A stretch of DNA of 64,000 bases from a bacterium (GTDB lineage: Bacteria; Patescibacteriota; JABMPQ01; JAUVWW01), in contig JAUVWW010000001.1 in NCBI GenBank assembly GCA_030603885.1, positions 70,716 to 134,715 on the forward strand. The letters run 5' to 3'. The notes under the pieces are model-generated. The model saw nothing but the letters and a program-made list of their open reading frames with translations. It ran no database searches and was not told the origin of the DNA. This document shows, piece after piece, positions 9,957-19,671 of the stretch. Made by a program: the position numbers and the translations under genes. How positions within the stretch are numbered: position 1 is the stretch's first letter; each line of letters begins with the position of its first letter.

Positions 9957-11009
9957 ATGAAAAAACTTATTGTGCTACTATTACCTATCTCCATTCTCTT
10001 TGTCTTTTGTGGTATCACTTGTCGAAGAGCACCCGAGGCAGCCGATACTGGAATCTTTAAAAGTATAAATTCAGGAGAAGATTGGAAACAGATAGCAAAA
10101 CTTAATGAAGAAGAAAGTATTGCTCAAGTAAGTGTTATTACTATAACCGTCGATCCGATCGATCCTAACGTTATATTTTTAGGAACAAAAGGAGATGGTG
10201 TGTTTAGGACAGAAAATGGAGGTGAGAATTGGATGCATACTCCTCTTTCATCTGGAGAATTTTATTCTATAGTAGTGGATCCTTCAGATGATAATATAGT
10301 ATATGCTGCTGGATTTCCTCAAGACAGAGGTAGGGTATATAAATCAAGAGACAGAGGAGTAACTTGGCAAGAAATATATACTGAGACCCATGAAGGAAGT
10401 AAAGTTTTAACACTAGCCATTAATAGAGATAGACCTAATGAAATCTATGCCGGAAATACCGAAGGAGCTATATTTAAAAGTCAAGATGGTGGAGAAAGTT
10501 GGGTAGTAGAAAAGTGGATGGATGAGAAAGCAGTAAAACAAGTTATATTTGGGCTAAAAGATACAAATAAAATCTATGTGGTTACAGAGACAGGTTTACA
10601 TAAAAGCTCAAATGGAGGCAAGGACTGGACTGATCTAACTAAAAATTTTGAAAGATTTAAAGAAGCAGATAGAATTTATGGCATAGTGGGTGATCCTTAT
10701 TATGATGATGGATTGTTTTCTGCTTCGGCCTATGGATTACTCAAGTCTACAGATGGAGGAAAAACCTGGAAAGAGATACAGCTTTTAGTAAGGCCAGGTA
10801 CATCGGTTTTGGCTTGTGTGGTCAATCCTCAAGACTCAAGACAGATTTATCTTGGTTTGGGTTCTACATTATATAAATCTACTGATGCTGGAAGAAATTG
10901 GACGACTCGTCACATTACGAATAACATTATCCGAGCTTTAGCTGTTGATCCAAAAACTCCATCTATTATCTATTGTGGGGTGGAAGTGAAAGAAGAAGAG
11001 GAGAAATAA
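9957..11009 (+). CDS. Exported BNR/Asp-box (YCF48/VPS10-like) beta-propeller protein, possible lipoprotein
   Basis: Repeated S-x-D/N-G-G-x-x-W Asp-boxes; signal peptide ending FCGITC. Confidence 0.8.
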   Translation: MKKLIVLLLPISILFVFCGITCRRAPEAADTGIFKSINSGEDWKQIAKLNEEESIAQVSVITITVDPIDPNVIFLGTKGDGVFRTENGGENWMHTPLSSGEFYSIVVDPSDDNIVYAAGFPQDRGRVYKSRDRGVTWQEIYTETHEGSKVLTLAINRDRPNEIYAGNTEGAIFKSQDGGESWVVEKWMDEKAVKQVIFGLKDTNKIYVVTETGLHKSSNGGKDWTDLTKNFERFKEADRIYGIVGDPYYDDGLFSASAYGLLKSTDGGKTWKEIQLLVRPGTSVLACVVNPQDSRQIYLGLGSTLYKSTDAGRNWTTRHITNNIIRALAVDPKTPSIIYCGVEVKEEEEK

Positions 11010-11026
11010 CACAATACAAATCGTAC

Positions 11027-11584
11027 ATGTATAAGGATATAATCGATTCTATAAAAAAAGAATGTGACAAAGCTTTTGATTATCTTAAAAAGGAATTGGC
11101 GGTCCTCAGAACAGGACGAGCCTCGAAAGCTTTAGTTGAAAATTTAATGGTGGATTATTATGGAACAAAAACTCCTCTATTTCAGCTTGCTAGTATTAAT
11201 GTTCCAGAAGCTCGTTTGATCATTGTCCAACCCTATGATAAGAATTCCATTAAAGATATAGAAAAGGCTATCTTGGGCTCTGAATTGGGACTTACTCCAA
11301 ACTTAGAAGAAAATATTATTAGGATTACCATTCCTCCTTTGTCTGAAGAAAGAAGAAAAGAATTGGTTTCTATCTTGCATCAGAAATTGGAAGAAGTAAA
11401 AACATCTATCAGAAATCACAGAGAGGAAGCCTGGAGAAAAATTAAAGAGCAAGAGTCTGAAGGATCCTTAACAGAAGATGAAAAGTATAAGGCTAAGGAT
11501 GAGCTAGATAAGCTAGTCAAGGAATATGACGATAAAGTAGATGAAATAGGGGAGGCAAAAGAAAAGGAAATCATGACAGTCTAG
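11027..11584 (+). CDS. frr: Ribosome recycling factor
   Basis: LRTGRAS, VDYYGTKTPL, IPPLSEERRKEL, KEKEIMTV; ATG at 11027. Confidence 0.96.
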   Translation: MYKDIIDSIKKECDKAFDYLKKELAVLRTGRASKALVENLMVDYYGTKTPLFQLASINVPEARLIIVQPYDKNSIKDIEKAILGSELGLTPNLEENIIRITIPPLSEERRKELVSILHQKLEEVKTSIRNHREEAWRKIKEQESEGSLTEDEKYKAKDELDKLVKEYDDKVDEIGEAKEKEIMTV

Positions 11585-11693
11585 ACCTCAGGTATGCCTC
11601 AAAAACACGCGGTTCTGCCTTCGGCAGACCGCTTAGGTCTCGGCTCGCTTCGCTCGCCTCCGACATAGTTTTTTTTGGCATACCTCTCGGTCT
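11583..11693. repeat. GC-rich multi-branched palindromic intergenic element (REP/MITE-like)
   Basis: agacc/ggtct, aggtatgcc/ggcatacct and aaaaac/gttttt close two inner hairpins (tctgcc-TTC-ggcaga; ctcgcttcgctcg). Confidence 0.7.
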
Positions 11694-11728
11694 TTAAAAT
11701 AGTAATTACTTCGTGAAACTTTCCAAAT

Positions 11729-12844
11729 ATGTTATTAACCATCGTTATTTTTATATTAATCCTTGGTCTTTTAATTTTTGTCCATGAATTTGGTCATTTT
11801 ATTACGGCCAAGAGAGCAGGCTTAGAGGTTTCTGAATTTGGATTTGGTTTTCCTCCAAGGTTATTTGGAATAAAAAGGGGCAAAACTACTTATTCAGTCA
11901 ATCTTATTCCAATTGGTGGCTTTGTTAGGATTTTAGGAGAGCAAGGGGAGGAGCCTGAAAATCCTAAAAGTTTTGCTTCAAAATCTCCTGGGGTGAGGGC
12001 TAGAATTGTAGGAATGGGCGTGATCATGAATTTTCTTTTGGCCGTATTGCTTTTGACAGTTGGTTTTAAAGTAGGATTACCCACTGCCGTTTCGGATGAA
12101 GAGGAAGGCTTGAGAGATGTAAAGATTCAAGTTATGGCTGTAGCCAAAGACTCTCCAGCGGAAGCCGCAGATCTTCGGATTTGGGATGGGATTGTGGCTT
12201 TAGATGGAAACGAATTTAAAAAGATTGAAGAGATCCAAGGCCACATAAGAGAAAAAACAGGAGAAGAGATTGTTTTGACCATAAGACGAGGTCAAGATCT
12301 TCTTGAAAAAAAAGTTATTTCCAGAGAGCATTTCCCAGAGGGACAGGGAGCTTTGGGTGTAGGCCTCATAAAAACTGGAATTGTAAGTTATCCGTTCTTT
12401 AAAGCCATATGGATGGGTATCATTTCTACTTTGTCTATGATTCTAGCTATTATACTAGCCATTGCTGGTATAATAAAAGAATTATTACTTACTAGAACTA
12501 TCACTGCTGAGCTAGCAGGACCAGTAGGAATTGCAGTCATGACCGGACAGGTAGCTAGAATGGGATGGATTTATATCTTAAATTTTACAGCCATATTGAG
12601 TGTTAATTTAGGTATTATTAACGCTTTGCCCTTTCCTGCTTTGGATGGAGGAAGATTATTGTTTCTAGTCATAGAAAAAATCAGGGGCAGAAAAGTAAGT
12701 CCTAAAATAGAAAACATAGCTCACGCCATTGGTTTTGCACTACTGATGCTTTTAATAATTTTAATTACTTTCCGAGACATAGCTAGGTTTGGAGATAGGA
12801 TAATCCGGGCACTTAAAAATTTAATAGGGATATCAAGCTCCTAG
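11729..12844 (+). CDS. rseP: RseP-type M50 intramembrane metalloprotease with PDZ domain
   Basis: HEFGH, IPIGGFV, GPVGI, NALPFPALDGG. Confidence 0.95.
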   Translation: MLLTIVIFILILGLLIFVHEFGHFITAKRAGLEVSEFGFGFPPRLFGIKRGKTTYSVNLIPIGGFVRILGEQGEEPENPKSFASKSPGVRARIVGMGVIMNFLLAVLLLTVGFKVGLPTAVSDEEEGLRDVKIQVMAVAKDSPAEAADLRIWDGIVALDGNEFKKIEEIQGHIREKTGEEIVLTIRRGQDLLEKKVISREHFPEGQGALGVGLIKTGIVSYPFFKAIWMGIISTLSMILAIILAIAGIIKELLLTRTITAELAGPVGIAVMTGQVARMGWIYILNFTAILSVNLGIINALPFPALDGGRLLFLVIEKIRGRKVSPKIENIAHAIGFALLMLLIILITFRDIARFGDRIIRALKNLIGISSS

Positions 12845-12883
12845 TTTTAAGGCCTCGGGTATGCCTCTAATTCAAAAATAGTC

Positions 12884-14125
12884 ATGCTTCAATCTCAGTT
12901 ATTTACAAAAACTCTACACAAGCCTCCAAAGGAGGCAGAATCTCCATCTCATAAATATTTAACTCAAGCAGATTTTGTTGATTGTCTTGCTTCTGGGATA
13001 TTTAGCCTTTTGCCTTTGGGTTTTCGAGTACATAAGAAAATAGAGAATATTATTCGTCAAGAGATGGATAGTTTGGGAGGACAAGAGGTATATTTACCTA
13101 GTTTGCAGCCAAAAAACTTGTGGATGGAAACCGGACGTTGGAAAACTATAGAGCCTCCTCTGTTTAAGTTAAAAGATACACATAAAAAAGACTTGGCTTT
13201 AGGTTCTACTCATGAAGAGGTTATCACTGACATTGTCCGAAAGAGAATCAAATCTTATAAGGATTTACCTTTTACCCTGTATCAAATACAGGACAAATTT
13301 AGAAATGAGCTAAGGGCCACAGGTGGACTTCTTAGGGTTCGAGAATTTGTTATGAAAGATTTATATAGTTTTCATAGCGACTTTTCTGATTTAGATAAAT
13401 ATTACCATAAGGTAGCTAAAGCTTATGAAAATATATTCAAAAGATGTGGTATTAATGCCATCCAAGTAGAGGCCTCAGCTGGAACCATTGGGGGAGGGGA
13501 AAGTCATGAATTTATGGTCCTTGCTAAAACAGGAGAAGACAAAGTAGCGCTATGTCAAAAATGCAATTGGGCAGCTAATCTAGAAATAGGGAAGAAGTAC
13601 AAAGTGTGCCCTAAATGTAAAGGTAAGCTTGTTGTACAAAATAGTATTGAGGTTGGACATCTATTTAAATTAGGAGTAGAATATTCTAAAAAGATGAAAG
13701 CAAATTTTACAGATAAAGATGGAAAAGAGAAACCGATTGTTATGGGTTGCTATGGAATTGGTCTGGGAAGACTGATGGCTACAGTAGTGGAAGTAAGACA
13801 TGATAAAAAAGGAATCATCTGGCCCAAAAATATTTCTCCTTTTGATGTTCATCTTCTCGCTTTACAGCCAACGAACAAAAAAGTTGTTCAATTTGCTGAA
13901 AATTTGTATAAAACTTTACAAAAAAATAATATTGATATATTATATGATGACCGGGTAGTTAGTCCTGGAATAAAGCTAAATGATGCAGATTTAATAGGAA
14001 TACCTGTTAGGCTGGTGGTGAGTGAGAAGACTCAAGAGAAGAATGCAGTTGAGTTTAAACTCCGTAGCCAAAAAAAGATAAAGCTGATTAAAAAAGATAA
14101 AGTTGTTCAAGAGTTACTTAGGTAA
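12884..14125 (+). CDS. proS: Prolyl-tRNA synthetase (short insertion domain)
   Basis: THEEVIT, KFRNELRATGGLLRVREFVMKDLYSF, IEVGHLFKLG, MGCYGIG. Confidence 0.96.
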   Translation: MLQSQLFTKTLHKPPKEAESPSHKYLTQADFVDCLASGIFSLLPLGFRVHKKIENIIRQEMDSLGGQEVYLPSLQPKNLWMETGRWKTIEPPLFKLKDTHKKDLALGSTHEEVITDIVRKRIKSYKDLPFTLYQIQDKFRNELRATGGLLRVREFVMKDLYSFHSDFSDLDKYYHKVAKAYENIFKRCGINAIQVEASAGTIGGGESHEFMVLAKTGEDKVALCQKCNWAANLEIGKKYKVCPKCKGKLVVQNSIEVGHLFKLGVEYSKKMKANFTDKDGKEKPIVMGCYGIGLGRLMATVVEVRHDKKGIIWPKNISPFDVHLLALQPTNKKVVQFAENLYKTLQKNNIDILYDDRVVSPGIKLNDADLIGIPVRLVVSEKTQEKNAVEFKLRSQKKIKLIKKDKVVQELLR

Positions 14126-14135
14126 CTAAACAAGT

Positions 14136-15188
14136 ATGTTTGATAAATTATTTGGATCACTATCAAAAGATCTAGGAGTAGATTTGGGCACTGCTAATAC
14201 CCTGGTTTATGTTAAGGGAAAAGGCATTGTCATCAACGAGCCTTCGGTGGTAGCTTTTAATAAGAAGACTGGACAGATTTTGGCCATTGGAAACGAAGCC
14301 AGAAAAATGGTAGGAAAAACCCCTGCCCATATCGTAGCTTCAAAACCTTTGGTAGATGGAGTAATATCTGATTTTGAGGTAACGGAAAAAATGTTGAGAT
14401 ATTTTATAGAAAAAGTGCAAGGGGAAGGATTTTCTATTTTCCCAAAGCCCAGGGTAGTCATTGGTATTCCTCTAGGGGTAACAGAAGTAGAAAAAAGAGC
14501 GGTTGAGGATGCGACTATCTCTGCTGGAGCAAGAAAAGCTTACCTTATTGAAGAACCTATGGCTGCAGCTATAGGAGCCAGACTTCCGATTCAAGATCCA
14601 GCAGGATCTATGATTGTAGATATAGGAGGAGGAACTTGTGAAATAGCAGTAATATCTTTGGGCGGGGTAGTGACCTCAAAATCTTTGAGGATTGCTGGAG
14701 ATGAAATGGATCAAGATATAATTCAATTTGCAAGAGATAGCTATAACTTGCTTTTAGGAGAGAGAACAGCAGAAGAAATTAAAATAGCCATTGGTTCAGC
14801 CCATGAATTAAAAGAACCTCTTGAGACTATGATGCGGGGAAGAGATTTAATTACTGGACTTCCTAAAGAAGTAAAAATTAATGATCAAGAGACAAGAGAG
14901 GCACTTTCTAGAACCGTTCATCTTATAATCACTGCTATTAAAGATACTATTGAGGCTACTCCGCCAGAGCTGGTAGCTGATATTATGAAAAAGGGTATAG
15001 TTATGACCGGCGGAGGCTCTTTGCTTAAAGGTTTTGCTCAACTTGTTCAAGAAGAAACTAGGATGCCAACACATTTAGCCGAAGATCCTTTGACTTGTGT
15101 AGTAAGAGGATGTGGAGTTGTACTCGAAGATATTGATACTCTAAAAGAAGTGCTGGTTGCCACCCAGTATGAAAAACCATTAAGGTAA
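14136..15188 (+). CDS. mreB: Rod shape-determining protein MreB
   Basis: GVDLGTANT, DIGGGTCEIAVISLGG; directly upstream of mreC. Confidence 0.96.
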   Translation: MFDKLFGSLSKDLGVDLGTANTLVYVKGKGIVINEPSVVAFNKKTGQILAIGNEARKMVGKTPAHIVASKPLVDGVISDFEVTEKMLRYFIEKVQGEGFSIFPKPRVVIGIPLGVTEVEKRAVEDATISAGARKAYLIEEPMAAAIGARLPIQDPAGSMIVDIGGGTCEIAVISLGGVVTSKSLRIAGDEMDQDIIQFARDSYNLLLGERTAEEIKIAIGSAHELKEPLETMMRGRDLITGLPKEVKINDQETREALSRTVHLIITAIKDTIEATPPELVADIMKKGIVMTGGGSLLKGFAQLVQEETRMPTHLAEDPLTCVVRGCGVVLEDIDTLKEVLVATQYEKPLR

Positions 15189-15218
15189 GAATGTCTAATG
15201 TCTAATTTTTAATGTCTA

Positions 15219-16013
15219 ATGTTTCGCAAGCCAGCTCAAATATTTACAATATCTATAATTATCATCATTGCCCTTATTGTTTTTCATCAACTAGGCTGGC
15301 TTAAATCTGCAGAGGGAATTGCATTGAGAGGTTTATCTCCCATCGGAGGTTTTTTTTATAAGGTAGGAAAAAGGACAGCTGATTTTTTTGGTTTGATAGG
15401 TTCTATTAGAGATTTAGAGAGACAAAACCTTGAGCTACAGGAAAAAGTAAACCAGCTTATAGTAGAAAATGCAAAGCTGAAAGAAGTAGAGAGAGAAAAT
15501 GAGCTGTTGCGTAAGCAGTTAGATTTCGTTAAATCTTCAGAACATAAGCTGCTTTCAGCTTTTATTGTAGCTTTTGACCCAAGTGGACTTTTTCAACTTA
15601 TTACTATAAATAGAGGAGAGAAGGATGGAGTTAGGCAAGGTATGCCAGTAGTTGTATCAGGAGGGATTTTAGTAGGGAAGGTTAAAGAAACAACCAGTAC
15701 AACTTCACAAGTACTTTTGATTACTGACTCATCCAGTAGCATTTCTGGCTTAATTCAGGAATCACAAGCCACTGGAGTGGTTAAAGGAGAAATGAAACTA
15801 GGATTGGTTATGGATATGATCCCTCAAGATGCAGAAGTAAAAAATGGAGATCGTGTTTTAACCTCTAGCTTAGGTGGAGAGTTTCCTGAAGGCCTAGTTA
15901 TTGGGCAAGTTGAAGAAGTACAAAGGCGTGAGGGTGAGCTATTTCAGAAAGCAAGAATAAAACCAGCTTGTGATTTTAGAGAATTGGAAATAGTTTCTGT
16001 AATATTAAAATAA
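15219..16013 (+). CDS. mreC: Rod shape-determining protein MreC
   Basis: TM plus coiled coil (ENELLRKQL), INRGEKDGV, FPEGLVIG. Confidence 0.94.
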   Translation: MFRKPAQIFTISIIIIIALIVFHQLGWLKSAEGIALRGLSPIGGFFYKVGKRTADFFGLIGSIRDLERQNLELQEKVNQLIVENAKLKEVERENELLRKQLDFVKSSEHKLLSAFIVAFDPSGLFQLITINRGEKDGVRQGMPVVVSGGILVGKVKETTSTTSQVLLITDSSSSISGLIQESQATGVVKGEMKLGLVMDMIPQDAEVKNGDRVLTSSLGGEFPEGLVIGQVEEVQRREGELFQKARIKPACDFRELEIVSVILK

Positions 16014-18803
16014 ATGACCAAAGAAAAAGCTAAGAAGAAAATCAAAGAACTTGTTAAAGATTACGAAGGTATAAAAAAGAGAGGTGAGGTTGGGTTATAC
16101 AAAGAAGAGACTACGAAACAACGATTTATTCAGCCTTTATTTAAAGCTCTGGGTTGGGATTTCAAAGTTGATGTTTGGCCCGAGGAAAAGGTTTCTAAAG
16201 GCAGGGTAGATTACGCTTTTAAATTAAATAACATTACTAAGTTTTTTGTAGAAACGAAATCATTGAAGATAGGTTTAGATAATCCCGACTATGATAAACA
16301 AGTAATTAACTATGGTTGGCTTAAGGATATAACCTGGGTGGTCTTAACTAATTTTGAGGAGTTAAAAATCTTTAATTCGGAATTGAAAGAAGAAAACCTA
16401 GTTCTTGATTTAACTTATGATAGATATTTAAAAGATTTTGATGATCTTTGGCGTTTAAGTAAAGAAGCTTTTATAAAAGGAGAACTTGATAGATGGGCAG
16501 AAAAATATGGCAAGAAAGCCAAGAGATTGAAAGTAGGAGAACAACTTTTTGAGGATTTATTACAATGGAGAAAATTTTTATCTGATAATGTATATCAGCT
16601 TCTAGGTTTATCAAAAGAAGAGATCAGTGAGGGGGTTCAGAGAATTCTGGACCGCCTTATTTTTATAAGAACTGCTGAAGATAGGGGGATAGAAGAAAAG
16701 ATTTTACTTCCCAAGCTAAGAGAATGGGAAGATAAAGGACGTAAGCAAGAATTTATGGAAGTCCTTAGTAAGGTTTTTAGAGATTTTGATGAAGGATATA
16801 ACAGTGAATTATTTGATCATCATGACTGCGAGAAGTGGGGGTTGGGAACAGAAGTTTTAGAAAAAGTAGTTAAAGGATTGTATAAAACCAAAGATGGTTT
16901 GGATTATGATTTTAGTGCTATTGGTAGTGATGTGCTGGGTGGAATCTATGAGCAATATTTAGGACATTTATTAGAGACGATTAAAGGAGAAACCAAGGTG
17001 ATTAGTGGCCGTGCCAAACGCAAAGAAAAGGGAATTTATTATACCCCTAAATTCATCGTTGATTATATTGTTAAAAATACTTTAGGCGAAGTTTTGAAAA
17101 ATAAGAAACCAAATGAGATAAGGAAGTTAAAAGTTTTAGATCCGGCTTGCGGCTCTGGATCATTTTTACAGAGAGCTCATCAAGAGATTGTTGATTACTT
17201 AGAAGAAAAGAAATCAGAAATCAAAGATGAAAAGAGTAAACTTGGTGCTATCGCTAAATTAATAAAAGAAAAAGAGGGCAAAAAAGAACTTTCTGTAGCT
17301 CAAAAAATTGAGATTTTAAGAAATAATATTTATGGGGTAGATCTAGATCATCAAGCAGTGGAGATTGCTCGTTTAAATTTATTATTAAAGGTTCTTAAAA
17401 AGAGACAAAGACTTCCTTTACTTGATGATACTATTAAAGAAGGTAATTCTTTAATTTCTGGAGATGAGAAAGAGTTGAAGAAATATTTTGGAGATAAATG
17501 GAAAGAGAAAAAACCTTTCAATTGGAAAGAGGAGTTTGAGGAAGTTTTTAGACAAGAAGGATTTGATGTGATTATTGGAAATCCGCCTTATGTGGGTTCC
17601 TTAGAGATTTCAAAAACAAGTTCGAAAGGAGAAAAGGATTATCTCAAAGAAAAATATAGATCTGCTCGTGGCGTTTACGACTTATATGTAGTGTTTTTAG
17701 AAAAGTCCATCAGATTACTTAAAGAGAAAGGATTGTTAGGGTTTATAGTTCCAAATAAGTTTATGTCTACAGATTATGGATTCCATCTCAGAAAATATAT
17801 CTTGGAGAAATGTTCGATAAGAGAAATAATTGACGTGTCTAGTTTGTCTGTGTTTAAAGGAGTGGCAGTCTATCCAATAATCCTCATTTTACAAAAAGAA
17901 AAAAGAAAAAAATATAGGGATAGAAATCAACTTTTATTTAATGAACTAGAAAATATTAATAAATTAGATTTTAAAGAAGGTAGATTAGTTCACCAATCTA
18001 TCTTTACACGAAATAATAAATATGTATTTAGTAGTTTTATTAGTGAAGGTATGATAGGATTGATAAAAAAATTTGAGAAACATACCATTCCATTATGCAA
18101 AGTTTCTGACGTTAGTAGTGGCACAACCGGTTTTGATTATTCAAGATATGGAAAGTTGATTACAGAACAGAAGCCTGAAAAAGAATATAGAAAATTTATT
18201 ATCACGCGTAATATTGAACCCTATTATATTTCCTGGGGTAAAAGAATAAATTATTTAAAAAGGTCTTTCATTCATCCATATCTAGCTTATAGCAAAAAAA
18301 TTATTTCGAAAGGCAAATGGGATCTTTTTAAAGACAAAAAAATTACAATTAGAGGCCTATCAAAAAGATTAACTGCCGCTGCCGATAATGAAGGTTTTGC
18401 TTTAGGGGTAGGAGTTTACGCCTTAAGAAATTTGAAGATTAATAAGAAATTTCTTTTAGCTCTCTTAAATTCAAAGGTTCTAGATTATTATTATCGGGTA
18501 AAGTTCTCTTCAAAGCATCTCGCTGGTGGTTATTTGGGCTTTAATGTAGGACAACTTTCCCAGCTCCCTATTTATAGAATTGATCTCTCTAAAAAATCTG
18601 ATAAGGAAAAACATGACAAACTGCTTAGATTAGTAAATAAGATATTAGAATTAAATAAAGAATTACAGAAGTTTGGAGACAAGATTACAGATAAAAGAAA
18701 AAAGATCGAGAAAGAAATTGAGAGGACGGATAGGAAGATTGATGGGGTGGTATATAAATTGTATGGATTAACTAGAAAGGAGATTAAAATAGTGGAAAAT
18801 TGA
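16014..18803 (+). CDS. Type IIG/IIL restriction-modification fusion (nuclease + N6-adenine MTase + TaqI-C-like TRD)
   Basis: EETTKQRFIQPLFKALGW...GRVDYAF...FVETK (PD-D/ExK), GIYYTP, motif I LDPACGSGSF, motif IV IGNPPY, C-terminal IDGVVYKLYGLT. Confidence 0.92.
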   Translation: MTKEKAKKKIKELVKDYEGIKKRGEVGLYKEETTKQRFIQPLFKALGWDFKVDVWPEEKVSKGRVDYAFKLNNITKFFVETKSLKIGLDNPDYDKQVINYGWLKDITWVVLTNFEELKIFNSELKEENLVLDLTYDRYLKDFDDLWRLSKEAFIKGELDRWAEKYGKKAKRLKVGEQLFEDLLQWRKFLSDNVYQLLGLSKEEISEGVQRILDRLIFIRTAEDRGIEEKILLPKLREWEDKGRKQEFMEVLSKVFRDFDEGYNSELFDHHDCEKWGLGTEVLEKVVKGLYKTKDGLDYDFSAIGSDVLGGIYEQYLGHLLETIKGETKVISGRAKRKEKGIYYTPKFIVDYIVKNTLGEVLKNKKPNEIRKLKVLDPACGSGSFLQRAHQEIVDYLEEKKSEIKDEKSKLGAIAKLIKEKEGKKELSVAQKIEILRNNIYGVDLDHQAVEIARLNLLLKVLKKRQRLPLLDDTIKEGNSLISGDEKELKKYFGDKWKEKKPFNWKEEFEEVFRQEGFDVIIGNPPYVGSLEISKTSSKGEKDYLKEKYRSARGVYDLYVVFLEKSIRLLKEKGLLGFIVPNKFMSTDYGFHLRKYILEKCSIREIIDVSSLSVFKGVAVYPIILILQKEKRKKYRDRNQLLFNELENINKLDFKEGRLVHQSIFTRNNKYVFSSFISEGMIGLIKKFEKHTIPLCKVSDVSSGTTGFDYSRYGKLITEQKPEKEYRKFIITRNIEPYYISWGKRINYLKRSFIHPYLAYSKKIISKGKWDLFKDKKITIRGLSKRLTAAADNEGFALGVGVYALRNLKINKKFLLALLNSKVLDYYYRVKFSSKHLAGGYLGFNVGQLSQLPIYRIDLSKKSDKEKHDKLLRLVNKILELNKELQKFGDKITDKRKKIEKEIERTDRKIDGVVYKLYGLTRKEIKIVEN

Positions 18804-18843
18804 TATGAGAAACGCTATCCAAAGTTGGTAAAAATAATTTTTT

Positions 18844-19671
18844 ATGAAGTTTGATTTGAGAAACTGGAAATATCCCAATTTAAAAAAGTTTCTAGAAAAT
18901 CCTTTAACTATGGAAGGTTTAGATTATGATTTTAAAGAAAAAATACCAGATACTAGAGATGAAAAAGGGAAGCGAAGATTAAGAGAAAGTTTTTGTGCTT
19001 TTGCTAATAGTGATGGGGGTTATATATTTTTTGGAATAGATAACAATAAAAGACCTAAAGGAATATATGAGAGCGATTACGAATTTGAAACAAAACTTAA
19101 CAGAATTGTAACTAAAAAGATACTTCCCTCGATTCCTGTTTCAAATTGGCAGATCGCAAAAGATATTAATTTGCCAAGATCAGATGGAGTAGTGTTTGTA
19201 GTGCATATTTTCCCAAGTTTGAGTATCGACAAACCCCATATGACGTCTGAAAGAATTTTTATAAGAGAGCATGGGGAAACTAAGGCGCTAGATGATGGAA
19301 GAGATGTCCAAAAATTATTTGCTGTGAAGTTTAATCGTTATAACATCAAAGAATTAGAATACGACTTAGAAGAGATTAAGGAATGTAGGTTTACTCCTGA
19401 TGAGATAGATGTAATTTATTTAAAACAGTTAAAACATTATTTAGAAAACCAGATTAAGAAGAGAATCCCTGGGTTTCATAGTTTAGATTCTAAGTTAGAT
19501 AGGATCATGCAGTTGTACGAAGAGATAAAGAAAGAAATGTCTGAGGGATATAGAACAAATCAGGCTTCTAACGTTCTGAATAGTGAGAAGTTAATGAAGA
19601 AAGAAGGTTTATTAGGTTCTTCTGTGAAAGAGTTTTTAAAAGAATACAAAAATCTACATAACATACCATGA
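18844..19671 (+). CDS. Schlafen/AlbA_2-domain protein with unknown C-terminal helical domain
   Basis: EGLDYDFKE, CAFANSDGGYIFFGIDN, KPHM...FIREHGET. Confidence 0.85.
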   Translation: MKFDLRNWKYPNLKKFLENPLTMEGLDYDFKEKIPDTRDEKGKRRLRESFCAFANSDGGYIFFGIDNNKRPKGIYESDYEFETKLNRIVTKKILPSIPVSNWQIAKDINLPRSDGVVFVVHIFPSLSIDKPHMTSERIFIREHGETKALDDGRDVQKLFAVKFNRYNIKELEYDLEEIKECRFTPDEIDVIYLKQLKHYLENQIKKRIPGFHSLDSKLDRIMQLYEEIKKEMSEGYRTNQASNVLNSEKLMKKEGLLGSSVKEFLKEYKNLHNIP

